Part shown: positions 43,333 to 53,039 of the stretch, piece after piece
Numbering within the stretch: the first letter of the stretch is position 1
Layout of the letters: every line of letters begins with the position of its first letter
NCBI GenBank assembly: GCA_020052095.1
Contig: JAGVPT010000096.1
Span: forward strand, 8,571-72,570
DNA: 64,000 nucleotides
Source: Bacteroidota bacterium
GTDB taxonomy: Bacteria; Bacteroidota; Ignavibacteria; UBA10030; UBA8401
Direction: 5' to 3'
Program-made: the position numbers and the translations under genes
Notes under the pieces: model-generated
What the model was told of the DNA's origin: nothing
What the model saw: only the letters and a program-made list of their open reading frames with translations
The model's database searches: none

Positions 43333-45645
43333 CTACGCCTCCTTCGTCCTGGCTTCAATGCCCCTTCGCACAATCGTAATCAGGAATCCCCCCACTAAAA
43401 TCATTGTCCCCATCCACACCAGGTTAATAAATGGTTTCACGCTAGCTTCGACGATGAGGGTCTCGTTTTTTTTCAGTTGGCCTTCGGCCAGCGGTGCACT
43501 GGCCCCGAGAGTGATCGAAGACTTGCCTCTGTCGCCCCGTCCCATGTTCATCCCCTTTATCGTGAACGCAATCTGTGTGTTCGGCAGCGATGCAGGAATA
43601 TAGCTGACTTTGCCTTTTGCATTGTGCATTTCCGGTGCGAGGCTCACCGTTTTGCCTCCGCGTGTCACCTCAAGAGTCGCGGTGACAATATTTCCTTTTT
43701 CCGGGGAGGTGGAAAAACTATAGCCAAGGTACTTTATCGTCATATCCTGGAACTTCTGTACCTCGTCCTTTTCGACGGTCAACTCTTGTTCGTTCTTCGC
43801 ATCCGGAGTTTCGAGGGAGAGAGGTGAAACGTAAAAATCTTTCGTCATCAGGTTGATGATATCGGGATTCCGCATCAGCCCTTCATTGTCCTTGTTGTAA
43901 AACATCACGGGCGCTACGACAAATCTCTGGTCCCCCCTCTCGACTTCCACGTCGAATGCAAATCGTCCGCGCTCGATCGGATGGTATCCGACATATCGCA
44001 TTTTATATCCCATAGCCTCGACTTGTTTTCCCTGCTCCAGCGATACCGTCTCCTTATCGTCGTACTTTGCCGATGCGACAAAACCTAGGAACATGAGCGA
44101 GAGGCCGATATGCGCAATTGCTCCGCCTGCCATTTTTGGATTGCCTTTGAATATTCTATAACCGACCATGGAGTTTGTGAAAAGCGCAAACGAAGAGGCG
44201 AAAATAAAAGCCAGCATCGTGGCATGATGCGCTCCGAAAAGATAGCTCGCGATCGTAAAGAACAGCGCTAAGAGGAGTGGGACTCGAAGACTCCTGAGAA
44301 GCGTGTCGGAGTCGGAATTTTTCCACCACAAAAGCTGTCCGACGCCGGCGAGAAGCGCGATGAATATTCCGAGCGGGAGAGTCGTTGTCACGTAGTATGA
44401 CATATCAACTGCAGATACTTTTCCCTTGAGGATGCCCGTAATGATCGGTGAAGACGTCCCAATGACGATGAACAGCGCCGAAAACACGATCGCTGACGCG
44501 CCAAGGAACAGCGCAAATTCACGAGACATCAAACTATGCTCAACCGGTACCTTTGGCATCTCCTTCATTCGCGCAAAAAAGAGACCGAACCCGATTCCTG
44601 CAAAAAGAAAGAGGCCTGCCAGTAACAGCCAGTACACCCACATGCCCGGCTCTACGAATGAATGAACGGAGGTGTCGCCGAGCACCCCGCTGCGCGTGAG
44701 AAATGTAGAATACAACACCATCACGAAGCAGAAGATGCTCAGGACAAAGTTTGTTTTGATGAAACTTCCACTGCGCCGTTGGGAAAGCATCGTATGAATC
44801 GAGGCAACGCAGACGAGCCACGGTACGAGCGAAGAATTTTCAACGGGATCCCATCCCCAATACCCACCCCATCCGAGCGTCTCATACGCCCAAAATCCCC
44901 CCATGATTATCCCCGTTCCAAGGATCATTGCGCCAAAAACCGTCCACGGAGTTGACACACGAATCCAACTGACGTAGTCGCGCTTCAAAAGACCGGCAAC
45001 GGCATACGCAAATGGCACAGACATCGACGTGAATCCTATAAACAATACTTGCGGATGAATCACCATCCAATAATTCTGGAGAAGTGGATTCAATCCTTTT
45101 CCTTCATTCGGATATTGCGCCCAAATTCCTTTTGCCCGGTCGAGCCACACAAAATTTGTGAGAGTCAGAGGTACGGGACCTGTGTGAACAAGGTCTGCTG
45201 GAAACAAATCCCAAATGTAGGCGAACGGAGTTTTTACAGCCAGCATGAGGAGAAGAAAGGAGAAAATCAGCGAGTAGATCGCCATCAACTCCGATTCGTA
45301 CCCCTTCTTTGCGGAATACGCCATCAGTGCAACGCCGACAATGCTGGTGTAGAATGCCCATAGCGCGAAGCTTCCCTCCTGACCGGCGTAAAAAGTCGAA
45401 AACAGCAGCGGGTCCGGCAAATCGGTGGAACTGTAATTCCAGACATACGAATACTGAAATTGATGCGTCATGATTAAGTAGATGAGAAGAGCAGCCGCGC
45501 ACATCATTCCAACGACGGCGGTGTGGTAGGCATACCGCGCGAAGAGCAAGAGGCGTGGCGAGTACTTTCTGTGATTCAGGTAATAGGCAAACGACGAGGT
45601 GAGTGCGGCGGCAAACGCAACTCGTATGATAATGCTTCCGATCAT
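43333..45645 (-). CDS. ccmF: Cytochrome c-type biogenesis heme lyase CcmF (long form)
   Basis: 770 aa polytopic protein with the WWD motif WGGYWGWDPVENSSLVPWL and a C-terminal periplasmic extension plus a final TM. Confidence 0.9.
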   Translation of the reverse strand: MIGSIIIRVAFAAALTSSFAYYLNHRKYSPRLLLFARYAYHTAVVGMMCAAALLIYLIMTHQFQYSYVWNYSSTDLPDPLLFSTFYAGQEGSFALWAFYTSIVGVALMAYSAKKGYESELMAIYSLIFSFLLLMLAVKTPFAYIWDLFPADLVHTGPVPLTLTNFVWLDRAKGIWAQYPNEGKGLNPLLQNYWMVIHPQVLFIGFTSMSVPFAYAVAGLLKRDYVSWIRVSTPWTVFGAMILGTGIIMGGFWAYETLGWGGYWGWDPVENSSLVPWLVCVASIHTMLSQRRSGSFIKTNFVLSIFCFVMVLYSTFLTRSGVLGDTSVHSFVEPGMWVYWLLLAGLFLFAGIGFGLFFARMKEMPKVPVEHSLMSREFALFLGASAIVFSALFIVIGTSSPIITGILKGKVSAVDMSYYVTTTLPLGIFIALLAGVGQLLWWKNSDSDTLLRSLRVPLLLALFFTIASYLFGAHHATMLAFIFASSFALFTNSMVGYRIFKGNPKMAGGAIAHIGLSLMFLGFVASAKYDDKETVSLEQGKQVEAMGYKMRYVGYHPIERGRFAFDVEVERGDQRFVVAPVMFYNKDNEGLMRNPDIINLMTKDFYVSPLSLETPDAKNEQELTVEKDEVQKFQDMTIKYLGYSFSTSPEKGNIVTATLEVTRGGKTVSLAPEMHNAKGKVSYIPASLPNTQIAFTIKGMNMGRGDRGKSSITLGASAPLAEGQLKKNETLIVEASVKPFINLVWMGTMILVGGFLITIVRRGIEARTKEA

Positions 45646-45673
45646 TCTCTCCCGGCTTTCTCTGCGAAGCGTC

Positions 45674-46063
45674 TTACAGCGTTTTCTTCATTGCTGTTGC
45701 GTCGCCTTCATATTTTGAAGGACATTTCGTTAGAAGCTCATTGGCGTGAAAATATCCGTCCTTGTATCTTCCTTTCGCAACGACACTTGTGGCAAGCTCA
45801 AAATTATTCGGCTTGGCTCCATCAAGCACAACCTTCACTTCGCGTTTGTTGTCATCGACCATATAAAAAATGAATTGTCCTGCCTTGGCGTCGAATTGGG
45901 TTTCCTTTTCCTTCACCCACGCCCCCTTCACTTGGACCTTCTTGCTTGTCTTTTCTGCTTTGGCGAAGTCGGTGTATTCCACATTGCTGTCCATAAAGGA
46001 GACAGCACCAAAAACGAAAAACGCGACAATAACCACGACCGCAACGATAATTTTTACCTTCAT
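45674..46063 (-). CDS. ccmE: Heme chaperone CcmE, CxxxY variant
   Basis: 129 aa. N-terminal TM and an OB-fold. The C-terminal LLTKCPSKYEG aligns with the canonical VLAKHDENYTP (His to Cys114, Tyr118 kept). Confidence 0.85.
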   Translation of the reverse strand: MKVKIIVAVVVIVAFFVFGAVSFMDSNVEYTDFAKAEKTSKKVQVKGAWVKEKETQFDAKAGQFIFYMVDDNKREVKVVLDGAKPNNFELATSVVAKGRYKDGYFHANELLTKCPSKYEGDATAMKKTL

Positions 46064-46076
46064 ACCATCGTTCTCC

Positions 46077-46208
46077 TTATTTCTTCAGGTTTTCTTCAAG
46101 CTTGGCAATTCTCCGGTCTAGTCTAAACAGGTACGCAATAAATCCAAACCAAATGATAAGGACGATGCTTAGTACTATATATAGTTGATGTTGTGCAAAA
46201 AATTCCAC
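46077..46208 (-). CDS. ccmD: CcmD-family small membrane protein (not in ORF track, 43 aa)
   Basis: Hand translation: (GTG)EFFAQHQLYIVLSIVLIIWFGFIAYLFRLDRRIAKLEENLKK*. An AGGAG RBS lies 8 nt upstream and overlaps the ccmC stop. Its own stop overlaps the ccmE RBS. Confidence 0.55.
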   Translation of the reverse strand: MEFFAQHQLYIVLSIVLIIWFGFIAYLFRLDRRIAKLEENLKK

Positions 46209-46219
46209 GGTGATGACTC

Positions 46220-46930
46220 CTACAATTGTTGAGACTTAATTTCAAGACGTGCTGACCGAACCTTCAAACTGAACATCCAAAAGTACAGAAGAGTGAATCC
46301 AATGAGCGAAGCAAAAAACACCACCCGCATATTCGCAGGCATATGCAACTGTGCGACCGGCATTGAACCACCTTCGTCTCCTTGTGCTCCTGGATGCAGG
46401 CCCGTCATGATGCGCGGCATAACAAAAATAAAGAACGGAGCTGTCACGCCGGCAATGATCGAATAAACAGCTGAGAGTGTTGCTCGCTTCTCCTCCACGT
46501 CAAGAGCGGAACGAAGCGCAAAGTACGCTCCATAGATCAACAAGAGAACGAAGATCGAAGTTTCACGCGGGTCCCAGTTCCAGAATGATCCCCAATTGAA
46601 CTTGGCCCATATTGAGCCCGTGATCGTTGCCAGGACGCAAAACATTGTCCCTAAACCGGCAGCCGAAACCGATCGAAGATCGTAATCCATGTTCTTGGTT
46701 TTGAGGTACAACATGCCATAGATCATCGAGGCAAAGAATGCCACTAGGGTTGTCCACGCCATCGGAACATGGAAGAAAATGATTCGCGCCTTTTCTTCCA
46801 ACGCAGGAATCACCGGTAATTCAAACCATTGCTGAGGTGAAACAACCATCGGCATTGCAAAGCCGGCGATGATGATCAGCGTGAGCCAGAGAGCCACAAT
46901 CGCTTTGCCGATCAGATATTTACTCATCAT
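46220..46930 (-). CDS. ccmC: Heme exporter protein CcmC
   Basis: 236 aa with 6 TMs and the WWD motif WGSFWNWDPRETS. Confidence 0.9.
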   Translation of the reverse strand: MMSKYLIGKAIVALWLTLIIIAGFAMPMVVSPQQWFELPVIPALEEKARIIFFHVPMAWTTLVAFFASMIYGMLYLKTKNMDYDLRSVSAAGLGTMFCVLATITGSIWAKFNWGSFWNWDPRETSIFVLLLIYGAYFALRSALDVEEKRATLSAVYSIIAGVTAPFFIFVMPRIMTGLHPGAQGDEGGSMPVAQLHMPANMRVVFFASLIGFTLLYFWMFSLKVRSARLEIKSQQL

Positions 46931-46933
46931 TGT

Positions 46934-47608
46934 TCAGTCCTTCCAGACATACTCGAATAAGACGATTGACGCTGTTGTGATGACCACCGTGTATGAAATC
47001 AAAATCTGAAATTCTCCCAACGCTTCAGCGAAGAATGCGCCCTCTGCTGCGAGCCGCGTGGCGTTCATGACAGTCATCAGGAGCGGCAGCATAATAGGAA
47101 ACGAAAGCACCGGATACAACGTTCCCTTTGTGTTTGCTTTCGCAATGATAGCCGCGATAATCGTCGAGGCACTGGCGATCGCCGCACTCCCAAGAACGAT
47201 CGTTGTCCAGAAAATTGCCGGCGACTGAATGACAAAATTGTTGATCAACAGCAGATACAACAACGAAATGACAACATTTAACGACAGCGTCAAGAAAAAA
47301 TTGAATGTCAGTTTGCCGACGTACACCGGCGTCGGTCGAGTAAGCAGTTGAAGCGTCGCAACCGTCCCCCGCTCCTCTTCACTGACAAACGTCCGAGACA
47401 ATCCAGACATGCTCGAGAAGAATATCACGACCCATAAGATGCCCGATAAAACGTCGCTGCTGACCGCCTCGCTCCCGATCGAGAATAGAATAATGGACAG
47501 CGCGGTCACGACAAACATGAAAAGGGCGTTCAACGCATACCGCGTTCGAAGCTCCGAACGGGAGTCTTTTAAAAAAATGTAGTATGCCGGAATAAAAAGG
47601 GATTTCAA
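46934..47608 (-). CDS. ccmB: Heme exporter permease CcmB
   Basis: 224 aa with 6 TMs, containing GILWVVIFFSSMSGLSRTFVSEEERGTVATLQLL, typical of CcmB. Confidence 0.85.
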   Translation of the reverse strand: MKSLFIPAYYIFLKDSRSELRTRYALNALFMFVVTALSIILFSIGSEAVSSDVLSGILWVVIFFSSMSGLSRTFVSEEERGTVATLQLLTRPTPVYVGKLTFNFFLTLSLNVVISLLYLLLINNFVIQSPAIFWTTIVLGSAAIASASTIIAAIIAKANTKGTLYPVLSFPIMLPLLMTVMNATRLAAEGAFFAEALGEFQILISYTVVITTASIVLFEYVWKD

Positions 47609-47660
47609 GGCATCCTCAAGATACGATTTTGTGGGGCAACATTCAAGGTTTTGGGTCGTC

Positions 47661-47900
47661 TCTCACTTTCCTTGAGACAGAAAGTGCTTCATAGGTGAAC
47701 TTCGTCTTCTCGTTGCACACCACCCCTTAATCCCCTCCTCATTGAGGAGGGGAAAGCCCGACCTGTCCGCTCAACGAGTCGAGTCTTCGACCGTTCTTTT
47801 GGCGGAAGGGCTAGGGGTGGTGGCAAGAATCTCAAGAGTACCGATTCCGAAAAGCTCTTCTCGCTTTCCGGAAACAAGAAGGCGAAATCCCTTACAGGTG
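47661..47900. repeat. Structured intergenic repeat, copy 2 (core 47705-47826), inside the ccmA-ccmB gap
   Basis: See copy 1. It has the same order and orientation of conserved blocks. The third hairpin carries a 30-nt insertion that itself folds (gtcga gtct tcgac). Confidence 0.6.
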
Positions 47901-47982
47901 GAATTCTGAGCCACAGGCTCATCAGCCTTCGGTTGAGCTTCTTTCTATGGCATCAGTGAGAGAAGAGGGCCGCTGATTCTGC

Positions 47983-48648
47983 TCAAGGTAAGACACCGCC
48001 AGATTTTAAGGCCACAGCCTTCACTTTGTTGAGATCGATGTTGTGCTCGGCGAACTTAAGGTCTTTTGCATCATTTGTCGCGATGATAAGAATCCCGACT
48101 CCAGTCTGGGTACGCATCAGCTTGCGCACAGTGGCGGCACCTTCTTCGTCGAGATTCGCCGTCGGCTCATCGAGGATGAGGATTTCGGGACGATGGAGCA
48201 TCGCGGCTGCGTACTTCAGTCGTTGTTTCATGCCCGAGGAATAGGTGCGCACTTCATCGTTGCGGCGCTCGTTAATGCCGAATTGCCGCAGCAAGCGTTC
48301 CGGTTCCCCGTCAGCTGCCGATCCGAGGTTTCTGATATGAGCGAAGACCAAGAGGTTTTCAATTCCCGAGAATTCATCGTACATGGTAATGTAGGGAGAG
48401 ACGAGCCCAATGTGCCGATGGATATCCTCAGCCGGAATTTCTTTCTCATTCATACAGAGACTGATCTTGCCCTTCGTCGGCGTAAGCAGCCCACACAAAA
48501 TTTTCGCCAGCGTCGATTTTCCAGAACCATTCCGTCCGGTGACAGCTAGAGACTCCCCACGCGAGAGCGAAAAAGAAATGTCTTCGAAAATAACCCTGCG
48601 GTTGAACTCTTTTGAAACCGATTCGATGGAAAACGTACTCTCTTTCAT
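47983..48648 (-). CDS. ccmA: Heme export ABC ATPase CcmA
   Basis: 221 aa. Walker A GRNGSGKSTL, signature YSSGMKQRL, Walker B ILILDEP. The assignment rests on position upstream of ccmB. Confidence 0.8.
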   Translation of the reverse strand: MKESTFSIESVSKEFNRRVIFEDISFSLSRGESLAVTGRNGSGKSTLAKILCGLLTPTKGKISLCMNEKEIPAEDIHRHIGLVSPYITMYDEFSGIENLLVFAHIRNLGSAADGEPERLLRQFGINERRNDEVRTYSSGMKQRLKYAAAMLHRPEILILDEPTANLDEEGAATVRKLMRTQTGVGILIIATNDAKDLKFAEHNIDLNKVKAVALKSGGVLP

Positions 48649-50270
48649 TGCACAACCGCTATCTTTCCTCTTACGTCAATCCCGTCGGCTTTAATGACGT
48701 AAAAATAGACCCCGGTGGACACGAATCCGCCTTTGCTGGTTTCCCCATTCCACTCGTAACATTGTTTTCCGAAGATCAAGACGGCAGATAGATTTACTTC
48801 GGCTACCAATTCCATGCTTGACGAAAAAACGTACAACATCGTGTTAGCGCGTGTACCGGCTGGTATGGGAAAAAGAAGGGACGATCTCTTTGGGTTGAAC
48901 GGATTCGGAAATGGCGCAGTCTCCGAGGAAGAGAAAAATCCGGCCGCATGGAGCGGAACGATACTCCAATTACGCGCGTCATCGACGGCAAACCTATAGG
49001 ACATCCCGTTGGGGAGAGCGGACCAGCTCGGGGCCACCACCGGGGATACATCGAGCGTGTAGGCAAACACCTCGTGCGCCGCGGCAAGAGCATCCTTCGA
49101 ATCGACATTTGTAACAATGTAGTAGACGCTGTCGGAATTACGAATAGCGCGAAGGTATTGTATCGTATAGCTCTTCGCCGTTCGTTGGAACGTATAAGCA
49201 TTCGCGGTAACGTTTCGTGATTCCGAAATATTCAACGGAGGAAACAGAGTACCGTCTTTGTAGTAATGAGCGGTATCTGCGCGCGTCCCGGTGTAAAAAT
49301 TCCACAGTGCGAAAGTTGCGAAGGCCTGCTGCAATGAAGTATTCCGCAATAGTAGTGCCTTGTCCAAAGCGGCAAACGGTTTTTGTGACGCAATTTGTTC
49401 CCAAATGCTTTTCATGATTTCAATCCCGTATTGTTGCACAAGATACACTCCCCATATCGCTCTCCCGTACGACAGATTTTTGTTGCTGTCATATAACGGA
49501 AGCAACTCCATCATATTGAAATAGGTGTAGATGTCTTTCACATAGTCTTTAACTGATGGAAACACCACCGGCTCCATCGCTTCAGCAGTCATTTCATAGA
49601 AGTACAATTCGTTATCGTCCCACAAGCCGTAGCCGCCCAATTGAATGGCATGAAAAAACTCGTGAGCCGCCGTAACGTGAACAGCAGGTATGCCCTGGGT
49701 CCTGAATCCAATGCCGAAATCATTGTCGATGACGATGTAGCTTGTCCAACGCGGATTCGGCTTCGCAGGAACGTCAGGTATTTCCGTTTCGGGCTGCGTA
49801 TAGCCGAAATTATTCGCGCCCAGATCTTGAATATACACATCGTATTCATTCCCCCCCCCGGCATTGCTGTCGGCCGGCGGTGGTGCAAAATTGAATACGC
49901 TGATCTCCGCCATGCAGACCGAATCGAATATCATCGCGACGTTGTCCACGTACAGCGCATGGGAAAGCGGGATTCTGTTGCCCGCTCCATCGAGCATTGC
50001 GGGAAGATTCAGGCTTGCGCTGCTGGTATCATAATGAATCCTGAATTTGCCACTTGGACTCAGGATACTCAGTTCATTAAGTGGACGTCCCGCCAATACG
50101 CGTTGTTGTAATCCCGCGTTTTCGAGAGGTCGAATTCTCGCACTGATCACGAACGGTGTCAAGCATTTTCCCGTCGTTGCTTCGCCTTCCCCGAAGAGTG
50201 ACGACGCCGTCATAAGGGTCCCCCCAAGAAGACGAATGACCACTTTTCCGCATTCGATTTGGATTTTCAA
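48645..50270 (-). CDS. Secreted HExxH metalloprotease-like protein with T9SS/FlgD-Ig-like C-terminal domain
   Basis: AAHEFFHAIQLGGYG, and C-terminal PFPNPFNPKRSSLLF...GVYFYVI. The TTG start overlaps the upstream stop, and its own stop overlaps the ccmA ATG (ATGA). Confidence 0.75.
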   Translation of the reverse strand: MKIQIECGKVVIRLLGGTLMTASSLFGEGEATTGKCLTPFVISARIRPLENAGLQQRVLAGRPLNELSILSPSGKFRIHYDTSSASLNLPAMLDGAGNRIPLSHALYVDNVAMIFDSVCMAEISVFNFAPPPADSNAGGGNEYDVYIQDLGANNFGYTQPETEIPDVPAKPNPRWTSYIVIDNDFGIGFRTQGIPAVHVTAAHEFFHAIQLGGYGLWDDNELYFYEMTAEAMEPVVFPSVKDYVKDIYTYFNMMELLPLYDSNKNLSYGRAIWGVYLVQQYGIEIMKSIWEQIASQKPFAALDKALLLRNTSLQQAFATFALWNFYTGTRADTAHYYKDGTLFPPLNISESRNVTANAYTFQRTAKSYTIQYLRAIRNSDSVYYIVTNVDSKDALAAAHEVFAYTLDVSPVVAPSWSALPNGMSYRFAVDDARNWSIVPLHAAGFFSSSETAPFPNPFNPKRSSLLFPIPAGTRANTMLYVFSSSMELVAEVNLSAVLIFGKQCYEWNGETSKGGFVSTGVYFYVIKADGIDVRGKIAVVQ

Positions 50271-52525
50271 TGTTTTTTACTTCTGTTCACGAAATATATT
50301 GTGACGACATTGAGCTTCGGGTTCGAATAAACGATGTCCAATTTCCCGTCGCCGTTAAAATCTCCGAACTTAAATGTGGCATCCCTCGGGAGATCGAGAA
50401 GCGTAGTTCCGGGAAAGAATTTACCGTTTCCTCTCCCCTTGAAAAAATGGAGTTCGGAGTTCAGGTCAGCCATCGCCGCAATGTCGTTGATGCCATCACC
50501 GTCAAAATCGACAACTTGAATATGTTCCGGCTGAGATACGACGACGTTTTCCACAACAGTTGAAAACTCCCCGAAGCGCGCAGCCCCATTTCCCAGCGCG
50601 ATTCGAATCGCGTTCATCGGAGTAGTATAGAGAATGCAGTCGGGAATATTATCTCCGTTGACGTCGTCAAACATCATGTAGCATTTTTTCATCAGGGAGT
50701 CTGGGAAGATGTACGACAGCGTTTTACCGCGATACTGGCCAGCGGAGTCGCTGAATGTAATTCCCAAATTGTAACTCGATGAATCCGTGTCAAAATAAAT
50801 GTAAGCCAGATCGGGTCTGCCATCGCCATTGAAATCGTTCACCGATCCCGCAAGAATTGAAGAGGGAATAATCGGTTTAAAATTGCGCTCGACAAATTTT
50901 GTCCCCGCAACTTGGCGGAAATACGAAAGCGATCGCTGTTTCGCCGTCGAGTAGACATAAAACTCAATCACTTTGGTTTGAAGCGCGGCATCGGGAAGAA
51001 ATACTCGTGGGTTCTCCGCAGTGGAAATCGCGTACGTGAACGCCGCCGAGATTTTCACGCCGGCCGCAGACTGCTCTTGAGGCACGGAAAGCACCGAGAC
51101 CTTTCCAATGGATTCGTGTGCAAGAAGAAACGTGAGCAATGAATCGTTCTTAGAATATAAGCGAATCGCCGTGGGCGCCTCAACGGTTGGAAATCCGGTT
51201 TGGCCTCCGACGTGGTAGGAGCGTGAATTATAGAGCATGGAGAGCGTTGACGAACCGTTATTCGCGACCGCAATATCGTCGAATCCATCTCCATTGAAAT
51301 CCGAAATGACAATTCCTCTCGGCTTCCTCCCCACAGCAAAAGAGACTTCCCCGCCCCGTGACGATTCCTCCGACGACGCAAAGATCTTCTTCCTTGCATT
51401 CCAGTACGCCACCAACATCTTCTCCGGCTTATCGACGACAAGAAGGTCCGTCCATCCGTCGTTATCGAAATCAGCGGCAAGCGTGTTGCCGGGGTTGGCG
51501 GGACATCCGAACACGATCTCGTCCATAAACGTCCCGTCTCCCTGATTTACAAATACACCGAATGTACCCTCCCTTCCATTCACTGAGATCAGATCATTAA
51601 ACGTTCTCGAAGACAATGATGCACGCAGTAACTCGCTTGGCTGATGATTACACTCGACACTCTGATACTGAAAATAGCTTGCCATACCGTCGCCGGCGAA
51701 AAATCGGATGGTTTTCGATTCCGAGGAAGCGACCGCGTAATCCATAATCCGATCTTTGTTGAAATCCCCAAACACCACGGCCACCGTATCCTGTCCAAAC
51801 GATAATATGTTTTGTTCGGAAAATTGCAGATCCCCCATCCCAAAAAAGAACACCATCTCATTTGTAAGCCAATTATGAATGATGAGGTCCGGATAGTCGT
51901 CGTCGTTGAGCTTGACCACTGACGCGTCCACGACGGGAATTTCTGGAAGGATGAGCGATTTCTCTTTAAACGTGCCGTCTTTCTTTCCGAGCAATACTGA
52001 AATTCCGGATGAGAGCTTCCCAAAACACAACATGTCGGAAGTTGTGTCATTGTCGATGTCTGCGATGAGGACTTTTTCGGGATAGAAATTAACCGTGTAG
52101 TGCGATGGTGTAAAAACGGTGTCGATTGCGGTACTCAACCATACTTCAACCTGACTCGCCTCTCGATGAACGATAACAATATCGTCCTTTCCATCGTTGT
52201 TCAGATCTTTCGTTTCGAGATAGGTAACGTCTGTCGCAACGCCGATGGTTTTACGTTCAGAAAAGGTACCATCTCCATTGTTGATCAAAACAACGATTGA
52301 TTGGGTTTCCTGTTCGTAACACAACACATCCGGAAATGCGTCGGCATTAAAATGCATGAGAGTTACGAGAGCTGGGGTTGCGGTGAGCTCAACCCTCGTC
52401 TCCATACCGAGTGTGCCGGCGTATTTCTGTTGGGCGACAGCTGCAATGCAGAAGCCGCTGGTGAGAATGAGAATTTCTGCGAGAGTTCTACGAATAGAAT
52501 ACATCGGAGAGAGAAGTACCTTCAT
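50267..52525 (-). CDS. FG-GAP/VCBS repeat protein, secreted
   Basis: Many repeats of D.(N/D)(G/N)DG..D(I/L) (DFNGDGKLDIV, DFDGDGINDIA, DFDNDGWTDLLV...). The start is set at the Met before the signal peptide to avoid overlap with the thioesterase gene. The ORF itself opens at 52696. Confidence 0.8.
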   Translation of the reverse strand: MKVLLSPMYSIRRTLAEILILTSGFCIAAVAQQKYAGTLGMETRVELTATPALVTLMHFNADAFPDVLCYEQETQSIVVLINNGDGTFSERKTIGVATDVTYLETKDLNNDGKDDIVIVHREASQVEVWLSTAIDTVFTPSHYTVNFYPEKVLIADIDNDTTSDMLCFGKLSSGISVLLGKKDGTFKEKSLILPEIPVVDASVVKLNDDDYPDLIIHNWLTNEMVFFFGMGDLQFSEQNILSFGQDTVAVVFGDFNKDRIMDYAVASSESKTIRFFAGDGMASYFQYQSVECNHQPSELLRASLSSRTFNDLISVNGREGTFGVFVNQGDGTFMDEIVFGCPANPGNTLAADFDNDGWTDLLVVDKPEKMLVAYWNARKKIFASSEESSRGGEVSFAVGRKPRGIVISDFNGDGFDDIAVANNGSSTLSMLYNSRSYHVGGQTGFPTVEAPTAIRLYSKNDSLLTFLLAHESIGKVSVLSVPQEQSAAGVKISAAFTYAISTAENPRVFLPDAALQTKVIEFYVYSTAKQRSLSYFRQVAGTKFVERNFKPIIPSSILAGSVNDFNGDGRPDLAYIYFDTDSSSYNLGITFSDSAGQYRGKTLSYIFPDSLMKKCYMMFDDVNGDNIPDCILYTTPMNAIRIALGNGAARFGEFSTVVENVVVSQPEHIQVVDFDGDGINDIAAMADLNSELHFFKGRGNGKFFPGTTLLDLPRDATFKFGDFNGDGKLDIVYSNPKLNVVTIYFVNRSKKH

Positions 52526-52553
52526 GACGCCGTCTGAGGTGCGCACCGGAAAT

Positions 52554-53039
52554 TCAGTTAGTAGTATTCCTGGAACGCCGCCGAAGCCGATCTTCGCGAC
52601 GTCGGAGGGCGTCGTCATAACGCCGTTGTTCATCTTTATTTTCTGGCTCCAATCGAGGCGATTCGACGGGCGTTCCGCTCTCATCGATTGAAACAAACGT
52701 GAGATAGGCGCTGTTCGCGTGCTGCACTTTTCCGGTCAACAGATTTTCCGAAAGCACTCGGACGCCGACTTCCATCGAAGTACGAAAAACGCGATTGACG
52801 GAGGCCAACAAGATGACCACCTCGCCCTGCTTGATTGGGTGGATGAAATTCAATTCGTCGACGGAGGCCGTCACGCATACGCGTTTTGAATGGCGCGATG
52901 AGGCGATCGCGGCGGCAAGGTCGATCCAATGCATGAGTTGTCCGCCGAGGAGATTCCCAAGCTGGTTGGTGTCGTTCGGCAGCACCAACTGCGTCATTCC
53001 CACCTGGGAGCGCTTTACGGGGATCGATTTTTTTTTCAT
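52554..53039 (-). CDS. Acyl-CoA thioesterase (hotdog fold)
   Basis: 161 aa. LPNDTNQLGNLLGGQLMHWIDLAAAIAS...VTASVDELNFIHPIKQGE. Confidence 0.85.
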   Translation of the reverse strand: MKKKSIPVKRSQVGMTQLVLPNDTNQLGNLLGGQLMHWIDLAAAIASSRHSKRVCVTASVDELNFIHPIKQGEVVILLASVNRVFRTSMEVGVRVLSENLLTGKVQHANSAYLTFVSIDESGTPVESPRLEPENKDEQRRYDDALRRREDRLRRRSRNTTN

